Virus record (IMG/VR): IMGVR_UViG_3300042691_046823
Reading direction: 5' to 3' (one strand)
DNA from: a virus
DNA length: 64,000 nucleotides
In this document: positions 46,466 to 57,500 of the stretch, one piece after another
How the letters are laid out: each line of letters opens with the position of its first letter
How positions within the stretch are numbered: position 1 is the stretch's first letter
Program-made: the position numbers and the translations under genes
Notes under the pieces: model-generated
Told to the model about the DNA's origin: nothing
Databases searched by the model: none
Seen by the model: the letters and a program-made list of their open reading frames with translations, nothing else

Positions 46466-47201
46466 ATGGCCTCCATGTCTTGACATTGTAGTGTACCGCT
46501 CCCCACTGGCTCACGGTGTTGATCCTGAGATCTCCTTGATGCAACTCCCAGACAAGGCCTTGTGTCCAATCTTTGATCTTGGTAGGCAATATGCCCGGCT
46601 TCATATGCACGATGCGAGGATGTTCGGCCCAGCACTGGGTGATTTTTTCTGGACCCATGATCTGTGCTGCCATAGCATATACAAGATCGGTGTTAGGTTC
46701 GTCGTCGGCAAATTTTAGCAAGGTACGATATTGTGCCCAATTCTCAAATATGGTGCGCACCCAGGTCCAGAATTCCTGCGCCACTGGGCATCGACGCCAA
46801 TACGTGATGGCATTGTAAACATCGGGCAAATGATTTTCGTCAAATACTCTACGATATTGCCGCGATACTGCCGGTTTGTCATAGATGTCTCGAGCACCAG
46901 TGCTCACAACCACATCATTTTTTTCAAACATAGACCACCAATGATCGCAAGGGCTGGCCATGAACATGTCGGCTTCGAGTTTGATGGTTTGCCTGTAAGG
47001 TGACACCCACCAGGCTTGCCAATCGTTGGCGAAACCTTGACGGTGCCCGTGAGGTAATTGATCTCGTGTGACAATGGTTATGTCAGCATCAGGGTGCCAA
47101 TGGCGTATGCTCCGTGCCAGAGTATGGGCACAAGATTCATAATCTGTCTCTGTGCTGTTGATGGCCATGATCACATAGCCACGTTCACGGTTGGCTGGCA
47201 A
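46458..47201 (-). CDS. GT8-like glycosyltransferase
   Basis: SPYRQTIKLEADM, HMKP motifs. Confidence 0.6.
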   Translation of the reverse strand: MPANRERGYVIMAINSTETDYESCAHTLARSIRHWHPDADITIVTRDQLPHGHRQGFANDWQAWWVSPYRQTIKLEADMFMASPCDHWWSMFEKNDVVVSTGARDIYDKPAVSRQYRRVFDENHLPDVYNAITYWRRCPVAQEFWTWVRTIFENWAQYRTLLKFADDEPNTDLVYAMAAQIMGPEKITQCWAEHPRIVHMKPGILPTKIKDWTQGLVWELHQGDLRINTVSQWGAVHYNVKTWRPYG

Positions 47202-47985
47202 TCATTTCTCCTAAAGATCTTTTGTTCATGGCATGCAGGTCTAAATTTTTGACCACGATGTAACCAGGTTTGGATTCTCTATTGATATAATCTATCCGGA
47301 AAGAGTCTTGGTCCAAGGCCGTAATCTTGTACGCAGGATCAACATTGGCCATGCTGCCATGGAATCCAGGCCAGGTGGGTGCATGACCGTTGGCCAAGCT
47401 ACAGGCTATGCTCATAGCATGATCGTTGCGATAAGGACTGCGACCTACTCCGTAGATCTCTTTATAATGGGTCCAGTTTTGTTTGACCATGTGCATGACA
47501 TCAAATATTTGTCTCGTGTGCTTGGTTTTGCGGAACATCATGACCGTGGCCCAACTCATAGGCATGGCATGTTTGCCAAAAGTGTTCAGAGTCCTGTAAT
47601 CATTGAGTGCAGCTACATCATAGGCTGTGCAGTAACATAAAAAATCCAAGTCACTGTGCCAGTATTGACCCAGCACATCTGACGCCACAATGTAATCAGC
47701 ATCCAATACCAGAGTATGATCGTAGGGTGTTACGTCAAAGGCCAAGGGCCTGGACTTGTTATGCCAGGAAACCTTTTTCGCAACATCGGCAAAATAACGT
47801 GGATCAGATGGTTCAGGTTCGACCACGATTACCTTGTCAAATACACGATTATCAACATAGGCGTCAGTGATCAAGGTCACCGGTATATCCAGCCAGCGTT
47901 GTACCCGAGCTGCGGCCCAAGCAGCCATGCCAACGTAATCAAATGATTCGTTGTTGAATGCAAAGATCAAAGCACCACGTGTCAT
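47185..47985 (-). CDS. GT8-like glycosyltransferase
   Basis: TPYDHTLVLDADY (DxD), WATV, RNDHA, HAMNK. Confidence 0.65.
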   Translation of the reverse strand: MTRGALIFAFNNESFDYVGMAAWAAARVQRWLDIPVTLITDAYVDNRVFDKVIVVEPEPSDPRYFADVAKKVSWHNKSRPLAFDVTPYDHTLVLDADYIVASDVLGQYWHSDLDFLCYCTAYDVAALNDYRTLNTFGKHAMPMSWATVMMFRKTKHTRQIFDVMHMVKQNWTHYKEIYGVGRSPYRNDHAMSIACSLANGHAPTWPGFHGSMANVDPAYKITALDQDSFRIDYINRESKPGYIVVKNLDLHAMNKRSLGEMIASQP

Positions 47986-48287
47986 CGCTGGGTGTTTTGT
48001 GTTTCCAGATCGATCAACCAACCTATCATTTGTTCTTGCCAGCGTTGGTATGCCAGATCGCGTAATTCATTTACTTGTACACGCACCGGAGTTTCGTAAA
48101 GGTCTAACAGCACTACTTCGGCATCCGTGCATACATGGAGGGTGGTCAACAATTCTGGACCGGCACGCCACATGCCACCAGCATGAGCAAAAATCAGTTT
48201 TGCCTGATATTTTTCTTTAAGAACGCGACGTGCGGCCTGATGATCAAAACGGGCCCGTGCGTGTTGGAATAGTTTGTCTGTGTCCAT
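47982..48287 (-). CDS. hypothetical protein
   Basis: ATGA-coupled ORF; GGMW..LLDLYETPV. Confidence 0.75.
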   Translation of the reverse strand: MDTDKLFQHARARFDHQAARRVLKEKYQAKLIFAHAGGMWRAGPELLTTLHVCTDAEVVLLDLYETPVRVQVNELRDLAYQRWQEQMIGWLIDLETQNTQR

Positions 48288-48302
48288 GCAGTTATTTTAC
48301 AG

Positions 48303-48342
48303 GAAAAAAACATAAAAGTAAAGGACCCGTGGGTCCTTTACC
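48303..48342 (-). terminator. intrinsic terminator after the structural genes
   Basis: GTAAAGGACC/GGTCCTTTAC inverted repeat followed by T-runs on the minus strand. Confidence 0.7.
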
Positions 48343-48363
48343 GATTCACCCAATCAGCGCAGA

Positions 48364-49359
48364 TTAGGTCACTGAGGCTGCTATGGTAGGCGTGCCCCAG
48401 GATGCTGTGAGATAGGTAGTAGATGGCGGAATATATGTTACCAAAGTGGTAGGCGCGGTTCCGGTGATCGTGGTCGACGGTGATGAAGTGGCTGTGCCGC
48501 CCGAAATAGTGTCATCTGATCCTGGTCCTGATAAACCGGTATCGGCCCAGGTCGTGGTCAGCACCAATTGTGTTCCTGTACCTGCGGTCTTGGCCTGTAC
48601 CTGGATAAAGTCCAAGGTATAAGGAACAGTATCCGCGAACTGCTTGTAAAGGGTTGTGTCACTTGTGGTCAAGTCGAACCATCCCACATTGGTGTTTAAG
48701 GTATTAGGTGTACCTGTGCCGCCAATCTTGGTGGTACCGGTATAACTCGTGCCGTTGATGGTGTGTGTGCCACCTTCGCCATGGCTGATGTAGATATCGC
48801 CGCACAAAGTCTCGGCTAGATCATTCCACTCGTCGTCGGCTGCTGTACCTGTGCTGGTCTTGCCAAACTGTATCCTGATCAGGCCGCCGGCATTGAAAAA
48901 ATACCGCACTGCATCGGCTGATGACCAAGTGATGGTGTGGGTAAAGGTTATGGTCCATGGTGTTGATCCCGAACCTGTGCCCGTGGTCTTGCTGGTGGTG
49001 CCGCTGAAGGTTCCGAACTGCGTGCCTGCAGAAGAGGCGTTGCCAACGTTGTTATAGCAGTTGGCAAGATCTGACCCAAGATTGCTCAAGATGGTGATCA
49101 CATTACCTGCCACAGGTGCTGTGCGTGAAGTCAGCGTGGTTCCTTGGTGAGCCCCGATGTTAGAGACAGTGTTTACAAGACTGGCCCATTGTGCCGCTGT
49201 GATGTTGCCAGCGGCCGATACCGTGGATAGAGCAGTCTGGCCATAACCATCTGCGCCGGCACCTGTGCTCCAAATCACGTTGACGTTGCCACCCAGGGTG
49301 GTACTTACGAATCCGTTGTAATCCGCTGCTGATATTAGGTTGCCTACAGAATATGTCAT
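48364..49359 (-). CDS. virion structural protein (tail/baseplate associated)
   Basis: Thr/Gly-rich; GYGQ and RYFFNAGG motifs. Confidence 0.7.
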   Translation of the reverse strand: MTYSVGNLISAADYNGFVSTTLGGNVNVIWSTGAGADGYGQTALSTVSAAGNITAAQWASLVNTVSNIGAHQGTTLTSRTAPVAGNVITILSNLGSDLANCYNNVGNASSAGTQFGTFSGTTSKTTGTGSGSTPWTITFTHTITWSSADAVRYFFNAGGLIRIQFGKTSTGTAADDEWNDLAETLCGDIYISHGEGGTHTINGTSYTGTTKIGGTGTPNTLNTNVGWFDLTTSDTTLYKQFADTVPYTLDFIQVQAKTAGTGTQLVLTTTWADTGLSGPGSDDTISGGTATSSPSTTITGTAPTTLVTYIPPSTTYLTASWGTPTIAASVT

Positions 49360-49369
49360 GCTTGTTTCC

Positions 49370-50749
49370 TTATTTGATCATCACGATGGCTTCGATGGTA
49401 CCTGCATCATGATCTGATTTATCTTGCAAGGCTCGCCCAATTGTGTTGAAAGGAGTCGCTTCACCTGGCTTGGCTGCTCGGGCGATACCACCTCCGGCTG
49501 ATACCAATCTGTCGCCTTTGTTGATCTGGCCTATGACTCTGACCGGCACACGTCCTGTGACTGCCACGGCTGGGTGTGTTTCGTCTGTACCAGCGCCAGC
49601 GTTCATTAGATAAGCTGCTCGAGTACTTACCACACCGAATACATTTTCACTGAGTTCCTGCTGAGAAATAGTGATTTCTTTCAAACCACCAAGCTCAACC
49701 ACTGATCCTGGAGAGATTGCTGTGTCAGATTCAAAGCGTTCTGCTACGTCAGCGTACAAAGCAGTGGTTGCTGTGGCAAACACTGTGTTGAAAGGAGAGC
49801 CTGAAGTTCCTATGTTGCCAGCACCGCCTCCCTGGCCGTTTAAAATGCCTGACTGCACAGTCAGGGCCTGTGGTAGTACCACTTCACCTGTGGTACCATT
49901 GATACTGATGGCCGGTGTGTCTACTCCCCCAGCATTGACACGGATACTGAGGTTGCCGTTCTGTGTCTGGTTGCGTAGGATTACCGCCGAATTAGCTGTG
50001 ATGACTTGCGCCTGGAAATCTTGATCCACGCCCACGGTCAGTCCAGTGTCATTGAGTATGCCCAGCGTACCCGATGTAGTGTCGTTGCTGGTCGAGCTCA
50101 AGAAACCTGTGCTATCAATGCCGTCAAGCAGTTGTGCATCTGTAGATGTGCCACGGAACAGCGCAGAACTTACCGTGCTGGAAAGTTGTATACCAGGACC
50201 GATTGTGGCAAATCCAGTGATGGCCACCTGCGGAGTAAAGGTAGCATCTTTAGACACAATGGCCACTATGGTGTTGTTCACGTACAATTGGACCACCACG
50301 TGATCCACTGACGTGTTGTCAGTGACCGTGACGACGATGGCACCCGAAGTGCCCTGACCGGACGTGGATGCTGGACCTACCAGGATAAATGTGCTACCAT
50401 TGTAGACTTTTAACTGACCGTTGACTGTGTCAAACCAAAGATCGCCAGCCACGTTGCTGGTTGGTGCTGTGGCACTGGCAGTCGAGGCTGAAATCACCTT
50501 GAAAGTCGTACCATTATACACCTTCATGGTGCTGGTGCTTTTGTCCCACCAGAGCTGACCTGTCAACGGAGCTCCTGGTGCCGAAGTGTTGGCTCCGCTT
50601 TCCAACAAGTGTATGAAGTTTTCGTCGAGGAATTCTCCATAGCCTGCGTAATTCTTACCAACCAGCGTCATACTGGAACTGGTGTTGATGGTACCGTCTG
50701 CTATGGTAGCAAATATGGTACCGTCTGTTAAGTTAATGGTATATGCCAT
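49370..50749 (-). CDS. tail fibre/baseplate protein
   Basis: LVGKNYAGYGE, repeated GQLWWD/GDLWFD..LKVY, C-terminal ADVAE..GRVPV..GDRLVS module; TATAAATA at 50773-50780 (minus strand). Confidence 0.75.
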   Translation of the reverse strand: MAYTINLTDGTIFATIADGTINTSSSMTLVGKNYAGYGEFLDENFIHLLESGANTSAPGAPLTGQLWWDKSTSTMKVYNGTTFKVISASTASATAPTSNVAGDLWFDTVNGQLKVYNGSTFILVGPASTSGQGTSGAIVVTVTDNTSVDHVVVQLYVNNTIVAIVSKDATFTPQVAITGFATIGPGIQLSSTVSSALFRGTSTDAQLLDGIDSTGFLSSTSNDTTSGTLGILNDTGLTVGVDQDFQAQVITANSAVILRNQTQNGNLSIRVNAGGVDTPAISINGTTGEVVLPQALTVQSGILNGQGGGAGNIGTSGSPFNTVFATATTALYADVAERFESDTAISPGSVVELGGLKEITISQQELSENVFGVVSTRAAYLMNAGAGTDETHPAVAVTGRVPVRVIGQINKGDRLVSAGGGIARAAKPGEATPFNTIGRALQDKSDHDAGTIEAIVMIK

Positions 50750-50800
50750 GTGTCGTTACTCCGTCCTGTCAGTATTTATAGGCGTATTTTCTACCCATAT

Positions 50801-51406
50801 TTATGTTGCACTCAGATTTGTTAGGGTCTGTATACGCACAGTATAATCAATCTGTATCTGGCGATTCAAACTCTTCTGCACTGGGTGGAAAATCACATGG
50901 GTCAGCAGTAAAAGATCATCTGCTGATCCTTCCCATGCTTTGAGACCCAGTTCGTCAAAAACAAACTCCCCATTGAAGTTGGTACTATTGTCAAAAGCCT
51001 GCTGTCCGGCAGGCTCGCCGTAGTCCAACAAACAACTTACTAAAACATCAGTGTAAACCTGTCCTGATGTGTGTAACACGGTCATGTTATTCTGCGTAGG
51101 ATCAGTGTTGGCTGCTGAGTTAGCATCAACTACTTTGGCATAGGTCTGATTGTATAAATCGGCATTTTGTCCCGTGGTATTAGGGGGCAAATAAGTGATC
51201 ACTCCAGTGGGATCCACTGAGCTGCCGCCGTTGCCAAAGGCCATCTCGTAGATGTACCCGATGTTCTTGTTTGCTATGCTCTGTGCCAGAGCCACGCTCA
51301 TGTTTTCGTAGTGGATGGCGTTCTTTTTTTCTACGAAAATTTCTTGGCTGTTAGGATCAAAAATCTTGATCCGACCTTCGATCAACCATGGAGATAACTG
51401 GATCAT
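50801..51406 (-). CDS. virion structural protein
   Basis: NAIHYENMS, FDELGL, HVIFHPVQKSLNR motifs; lies among structural genes. Confidence 0.7.
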   Translation of the reverse strand: MIQLSPWLIEGRIKIFDPNSQEIFVEKKNAIHYENMSVALAQSIANKNIGYIYEMAFGNGGSSVDPTGVITYLPPNTTGQNADLYNQTYAKVVDANSAANTDPTQNNMTVLHTSGQVYTDVLVSCLLDYGEPAGQQAFDNSTNFNGEFVFDELGLKAWEGSADDLLLLTHVIFHPVQKSLNRQIQIDYTVRIQTLTNLSAT

Positions 51407-51552
51407 CCTCTCTTCTCCAAAATAACTTTTTGTGTTTGTGGATCCGTGATTTTCACGAATTCATCTATGTTCAATCCACTGTGTTCATTAGGGCGCTGAG
51501 GCATGACCGGTTTCTGTGTTTGGCTCAGGGTTTGTTGTTTATTATCGTCCAT
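51403..51552 (-). CDS. 49-aa protein resembling the N-terminus of the downstream gene
   Basis: MDDNKQ...NIDEFVKITDPQTQKVILEKRG*; TAAATA just upstream; ATGA overlap. Confidence 0.65.
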   Translation of the reverse strand: MDDNKQQTLSQTQKPVMPQRPNEHSGLNIDEFVKITDPQTQKVILEKRG

Positions 51553-51568
51553 GACTTATTTACCTGCG

Positions 51569-54500
51569 TTATTCGCCCCGGATGAACCTCGCAGCCAGGG
51601 TATCCGTGACCTGCAGTGGTTGTCCATTGCTGGGTGTACCGTTTCCGGGTTGATACCAACTCTGGGCTATGGTTGTGGGCATGTCGTAGTTGCTAAGATC
51701 GTACCCACCTATGCCAAATCCGGGATATGTTTGATTCTGATACTGTGCAGGTAAGAGGTTGCCCAAACCAATATCATATACCCAGGCTCCGGGTGCATGC
51801 TCTGACGCACCAGTGCCAGCGGTACCACGGCGCAGACCAAACACTGCTCCCGCAATGGTGAACGACACACGCACAGTGTAACCTATGGGTGGGACTGTAA
51901 GGAATTGTACTGCTATCCAATCGTCGTTGTTCAACACCACATAGGGCGCGGAAACTTCGACGCCGCCGGGTGTGACCAATACGGCTGTCAAGATACCTTG
52001 TCCAAGCAGGGTATAGTTGGCTCCGCCCAAGGTATAGATCGATGCTCCTGTGCTGATCTCTTCTAAGGCAGCGGTTTCACGGAAGCGATAAGTGATTCGC
52101 TCACCGTCTATAGTGATCTGTCCAAATATGCCATCCGGTAGATTGGGTTGACTCAGATGACTGACCTGTTCTACATAGACCACATCTGATGTGCTCATGA
52201 CCTGTGCCACGGTCTTGGTCGTGGTCTCTGGGGTTATGCGATAAACCAACTGTTCTCCACGCATGTCTTGGAATATGCGGAAAGCTTCAGCATCAGGTGT
52301 GATGCTCTGTGTGAAGTTTGTAATGGCCACCACGGATGCTGGGTTGATCGGTGGTCCGGATATGACCACGGCTGTGCCATCCACGTACCAATCTTGATAG
52401 GGGAATAGATATTCGTTGTCAATGGTAATCAGGAGTCTGTTTGGATTGTCAATGACTCGTCCGGTATCAAACACATTGGTCAGTATTATGGTTCCTGTTC
52501 CTTCATCAAATGTGGAATCCACAAACGGTGTGCCTTGATCATAGCGTGTGGTATCATAGCCAACGTTGATCTGTGAGCCCTGTGTAGTAGGGCCTACAAA
52601 GACTTGGGTTAGGATATTTTGCTGGCTGGTATCGTTGAAAGTAGTGAATGTCACTACATCTCCCAACAGCGGCAAGAGACTGGCCGTGGGTTTATAGATT
52701 AGTGTAGATCCATCAAGATAGTAATCTGCGGCATGATCCACAGAGATCAGAAGTTGAGCGCCAGGCTCAGGATCAAAACTCAAGGTGATAGTACGGTCTG
52801 AACTGCCATCATATGGATCTAACACAAACTGCACACCATAGGTCAAAGGAGTGTTGTCGATCCAGGCGTAAACTTCGTTGTTACCTATGAGTCCTTGATC
52901 GTATCCACCTCGATTGGGCAAGAAATATGTTCGGCTACTGCCATCCACGGTCCACTGAATGCCTTCGGGTGGTCTGGCTCTACGCCCGTTGATTTCAACC
53001 ACGAGATTGGCAGGGTTGGTACCTTGCACACTGTTGTCCAAGGTCCAGGTCAGTGTGCTGCCGTCGGCGATTTCAGCCTGTATGACCGGAGAACTCCAAT
53101 CGTGTGTATATGAATCTTCTTCCAGGCCCATGGCTGCTATGGTCAGCAATTGTGTGTCGTTGTAAGTATTGTTCAGGGTCAGCAAGGTCTGTGTAGTAGA
53201 GTATTGGCTGAATGTATAAGCAGTAGTTGGTTCTCCATTGACATAGATAGCAAATCTATCAATCTGCGCATATGGATACTCCACTATGACGCCATCGTTG
53301 ACTTGATCTCCAATGATGCTGTTTTTCCAAACCTGATTGCCGCCACCCAGGCCATACACATTGATCTGCAGGCTTTCGCCATCCACGATGCCACCCAATA
53401 TGGTCACTGTGCGTGTCGGCCAATTTACAATAAATTGAACGTCTCTTATGAGTCGTAGACCCCAGGTAGCGTTGTAGATTTCAATGACTGTGGGATAATC
53501 TACCAGGTTGGCCCAACTGTACACAGGGCTGGTACTGTCATAAGTGTAGCCCAGCACACGCAAGGGGAATCCATGACCGTCCATCTGCCAGTCTGCACCC
53601 GGTGTGGTAAACACACGCAGATCCAGGGTATCAAATATTATGCCAGGAACCAACTCTTCCGGTGCATGGCTTTCATAGGTATCTACGAAAGCGCCGCCGT
53701 CAACATTGATATCCGTGTCGGCTGTGCCCGTGGGTATTGGGCCTGTGGCCGGCGTTCCAAAGTAACTTTCATAGATAGCATCCAGGATCGCTGGATCGTA
53801 TGTAGGGCGCCCCTCAGGACCATAACTGATGTTGTCATAAGGATTGATGTCATAATTGCCCACATCAAATCCGGTGTTCTGATTGAAATCTGGCGCATCT
53901 ACCTGAACTCCTGGATAGTCTATGCCAGTCATCAACAGCGCAAGATCCAGACCAGGCTCGTTGGGGCCAGGAGTGTAGTAACCTTGGGTGCGATCAACGC
54001 CATTGAGATCCCCTGCTGGTACCAGAGTCCATTGTTGCGGATCAAAAGTTGGGCCCACCACGGCAGTGCTGTCGGTGCTGGAAGCCGACCAAACTTTATC
54101 TGCGTATCGTACCAAGGTACCATCCTCGTACTGCACATTTGGTTCCCAGTTAACTACCTGGCTTGTGTACTCATATCGATCAAACTTGATGGTAGTAGTA
54201 AAAGATCGCACCAGTGTGTAATAGATCTCAGTGGGGTCTGTAGGATCCCCAGCACTGAAGTCACGTCCGATACCGGTTCCTGTCATCACAGGCACAGCCA
54301 CAGCACCCTGACCGTTGCCGCCTTCCAAGGTCACAGCAGGTGTTACGATATAGCCACTGCCGGGCACAACGATTTCGATCTGCCCTACTTGACCACCGCC
54401 CAACAGACGTGCCACAGCCAATGTACGGGTACCCGCATAGGCCAGTGTGGTTGTACCGTTGACCCTGCTGCCACTGGTAAATCTTGGTTCGCTTTGGCCC

Positions 54501-57500
54501 GAAACCCCGGCCACTGTAACGGTATACAGATTGTTGTTGAAGAACAACTGCTGGCCTTGAGCGTAGGCTGTGTTTTTCTGCCATTCTGTTCCCACTATCA
54601 CTGTGGGAGGCACGGTGTATCCTGTGCCACCATCGACCGTGGTTATAGACTGTACTGCCAGGGTGTAATTGTTGAACCATTGATCCCAGGGGAACGTTGT
54701 CCAGACTGGATCTGTGCTTGGCACGCTGGATGTTGTGCTGAGAGGCTCTAATGGATCATCATCTAACACCGGTGATATAAACATGGATTCAGCGGTGTCA
54801 TAATAAGCCGGTAGATCAAAGTCAGTCAGGCTGCCTTGATATGCATCATTGCCTCGATATATGAGATTGAACTCGCGTATTTGCACGTGATATGGTTTGA
54901 CCTCTTGGATGTAATCTAGCACAAAGTCTTGATTGTCTCGGCGATATATTTGATATGGTTCAAGGTCTCGAATCACATGGTCTACGTCAATCAATGACGT
55001 CTTGGTCAACCAAAGTGGTGCCACTTGTTCTTGCAAGATAAAGTTGAACATCAACACTAACAGACGATTTCGCTCGATGCCAAGATCATCTATGAAAATT
55101 TCTTCATTGAGACTGCGGATGATGTTGCGGGTTTCAATCACGGGTTCTTGGTCAAAATATTGTGCATCAAATACTTCGACGTCAAAACCAAAACGTCCAA
55201 TGCTGTAATCCCAGATCTCTGCTTTTATTTCTATGGTACCGTCTTGTAACCCTACCCGAGTCCAGGTCGTGTTTTCCAGGAGATATATCTCCCATTTGTT
55301 GCCGCCGTTTGTAGTGACCTTGGCAGCACTGCCTGGTGGCAGATCCAACTGTGCCAGATCATTGAAATTGGCCACTTCTGCGCTGATCAGCTGGCGAGAA
55401 TTATATCCTGGCAAATACCAATCAATGTAGTTCCAATATAGATTGGTGTCATAGGTTTGTACCCGGACCAACAACAATTCTTTGCTGCCAAACGATGCGC
55501 CAGATACCACTTCATAGATAGTCCATAGGCCACTGTTGGTGCTGTCTGTGACCACCAGATACTTGTAGCCAATGGGCACGATTTCTAAATCTTGATAGGT
55601 AAGTTCGGCATAATCTGCCACTCGTTTGTTCCACTGACCACTGCTGACCGTGGGTTCGGGTTCTTGGCTTTGCAACAACGGGAATGTGCGTATCTCGCTG
55701 ATAGGATACAAGGACATCACTCTGTTGGCTCTTGTTAAGTAGTTTTCCAAGGCCAAGAATCTGTTGGCATACATGCTCTGACGAGGCCTGAACTGTACAC
55801 CATACAACTCGCTCACTGGCAAGAAAGGATCCGGAACCTTGTGTCCTTCGATGTCGGCACCACAGAAGCTGTCAAGGAACTTGCGATACAATAGGTCTGT
55901 GAGGAATCCGTCACGTCGATCTTGCGCAATAAGTTGGTATTCTACATACACTGGGGCATCGTTGGCTGTTTCATCAAATTCCACATGCAAAACTGTGTCT
56001 TGTGCTACGATGTATGGAAGGCCGTTGTATATGGCCACAGTGCTGGCATTGATAGGCGCGATATAAGCTATGCCCGAAGTCTTAGGATCCTGGATATAAC
56101 GGGCCACTGTTTCAATGCTGAGTGTTTTACGAGCCTTGCGATTGACTTCACGTATGCCGCTGACCCAGAAATAATACTGTGTACCAAATAAGCCTGCTTC
56201 GTTGATACTACTCAAAACAACATAGTTGTTGGTACTGCGCACTTGCCCAGGACCAGCATACTGTGCCGGAGGCACATCGCTGACCACCCATTGATAAACT
56301 TCTATAGTCGATCCTGGGAACAATTGAGCCCAGCGCCGGCTGGCATAAACGATATCATTCTGATTGGGATCGATGAATCGTGCATTTGTGGTATCCCACC
56401 AAATCTTGCCTACATAGCTTTCGCCCCAGCGCTCGCCATAGTTGTTCAGTGTACCCACATTGTACGCCGCAGGATCAACGCTACCTGTGTAGTCAATGTT
56501 TTGCTGTGCGGCTCCGAGTATCTTGCCCTGTAAAGGATCAATAAAATCAAAATACTGCCTCGAGGCTCCGCTGAATCTATCATACATGAACACGCTGTTT
56601 AATCGTGTGATATCAACCACGGGATTTTGGGTTCGTTTGGCCTGCCAGGCCGGTAGTCTCGCTATGTTAGCAAACTGTTGCACCTGTCCATAATTGGCTT
56701 CGGTAGAATCACCAAGATCTTCTCCTGGAGCACCAACCAATAATATGCCTGTGGTGTAATCTACTGCTGTGCCAAATCTTTCTAACGCAGTGATATCTGA
56801 ACTGTAAATCTGTTGGCCGAACACAAACTGACCTTGATTGGTTGCCGAAGCTGATGCCGCTGGCAAGAAGTCAAATATGTAGACCGCTCCGCTTTGTGTC
56901 ACGGTGTTGCTGAAAACACAGGTGTTGGCATCAAACACAGTGGTATTGTCATCAAAGGTTGCAAAACCTATGGTGCTGGCATCAGGCGCTCCTACCACAA
57001 GATTGGTGGCGGTTTCAGAAACAAACAAAGACTGTCCAAAATGTGCATAATCTTGCAACAACGGTGCGGTGATAGTTTGCACATCGATATAGGTCGTCAA
57101 CCCAAGATCCTGGAACACGGTTCCGGTGCCAGGCCCAACTCTCAATCTGTTAAATGTGAGGGTGGCATTGGCATTTTTTACAGAGATCGTGATGCGGCCA
57201 CCGATCACATTGATCTTGGTGTCATAGGCCGGTGTGAGATTGAATGTAATGGTCTGAGTGTCGTTGTTATAGGTGTAGTTTGTGTTCAATGTTTGCAATA
57301 CATTGTCCAAATATACCAATGGCGTGTAGCTATCGGCAGCGCTGTAAAGATCACCAATATTGAATTGTTGAGTGCGTCCGTTACTGATGAATTCTCTATT
57401 TTCCCCCACAGAAACTGTTACATTGGCCACGGCTGCATCCACGATGTCTTGGGCCAGCACAGTGGACCAGTTCACTGGTTTCCAGTATACTGTGTCAGTT

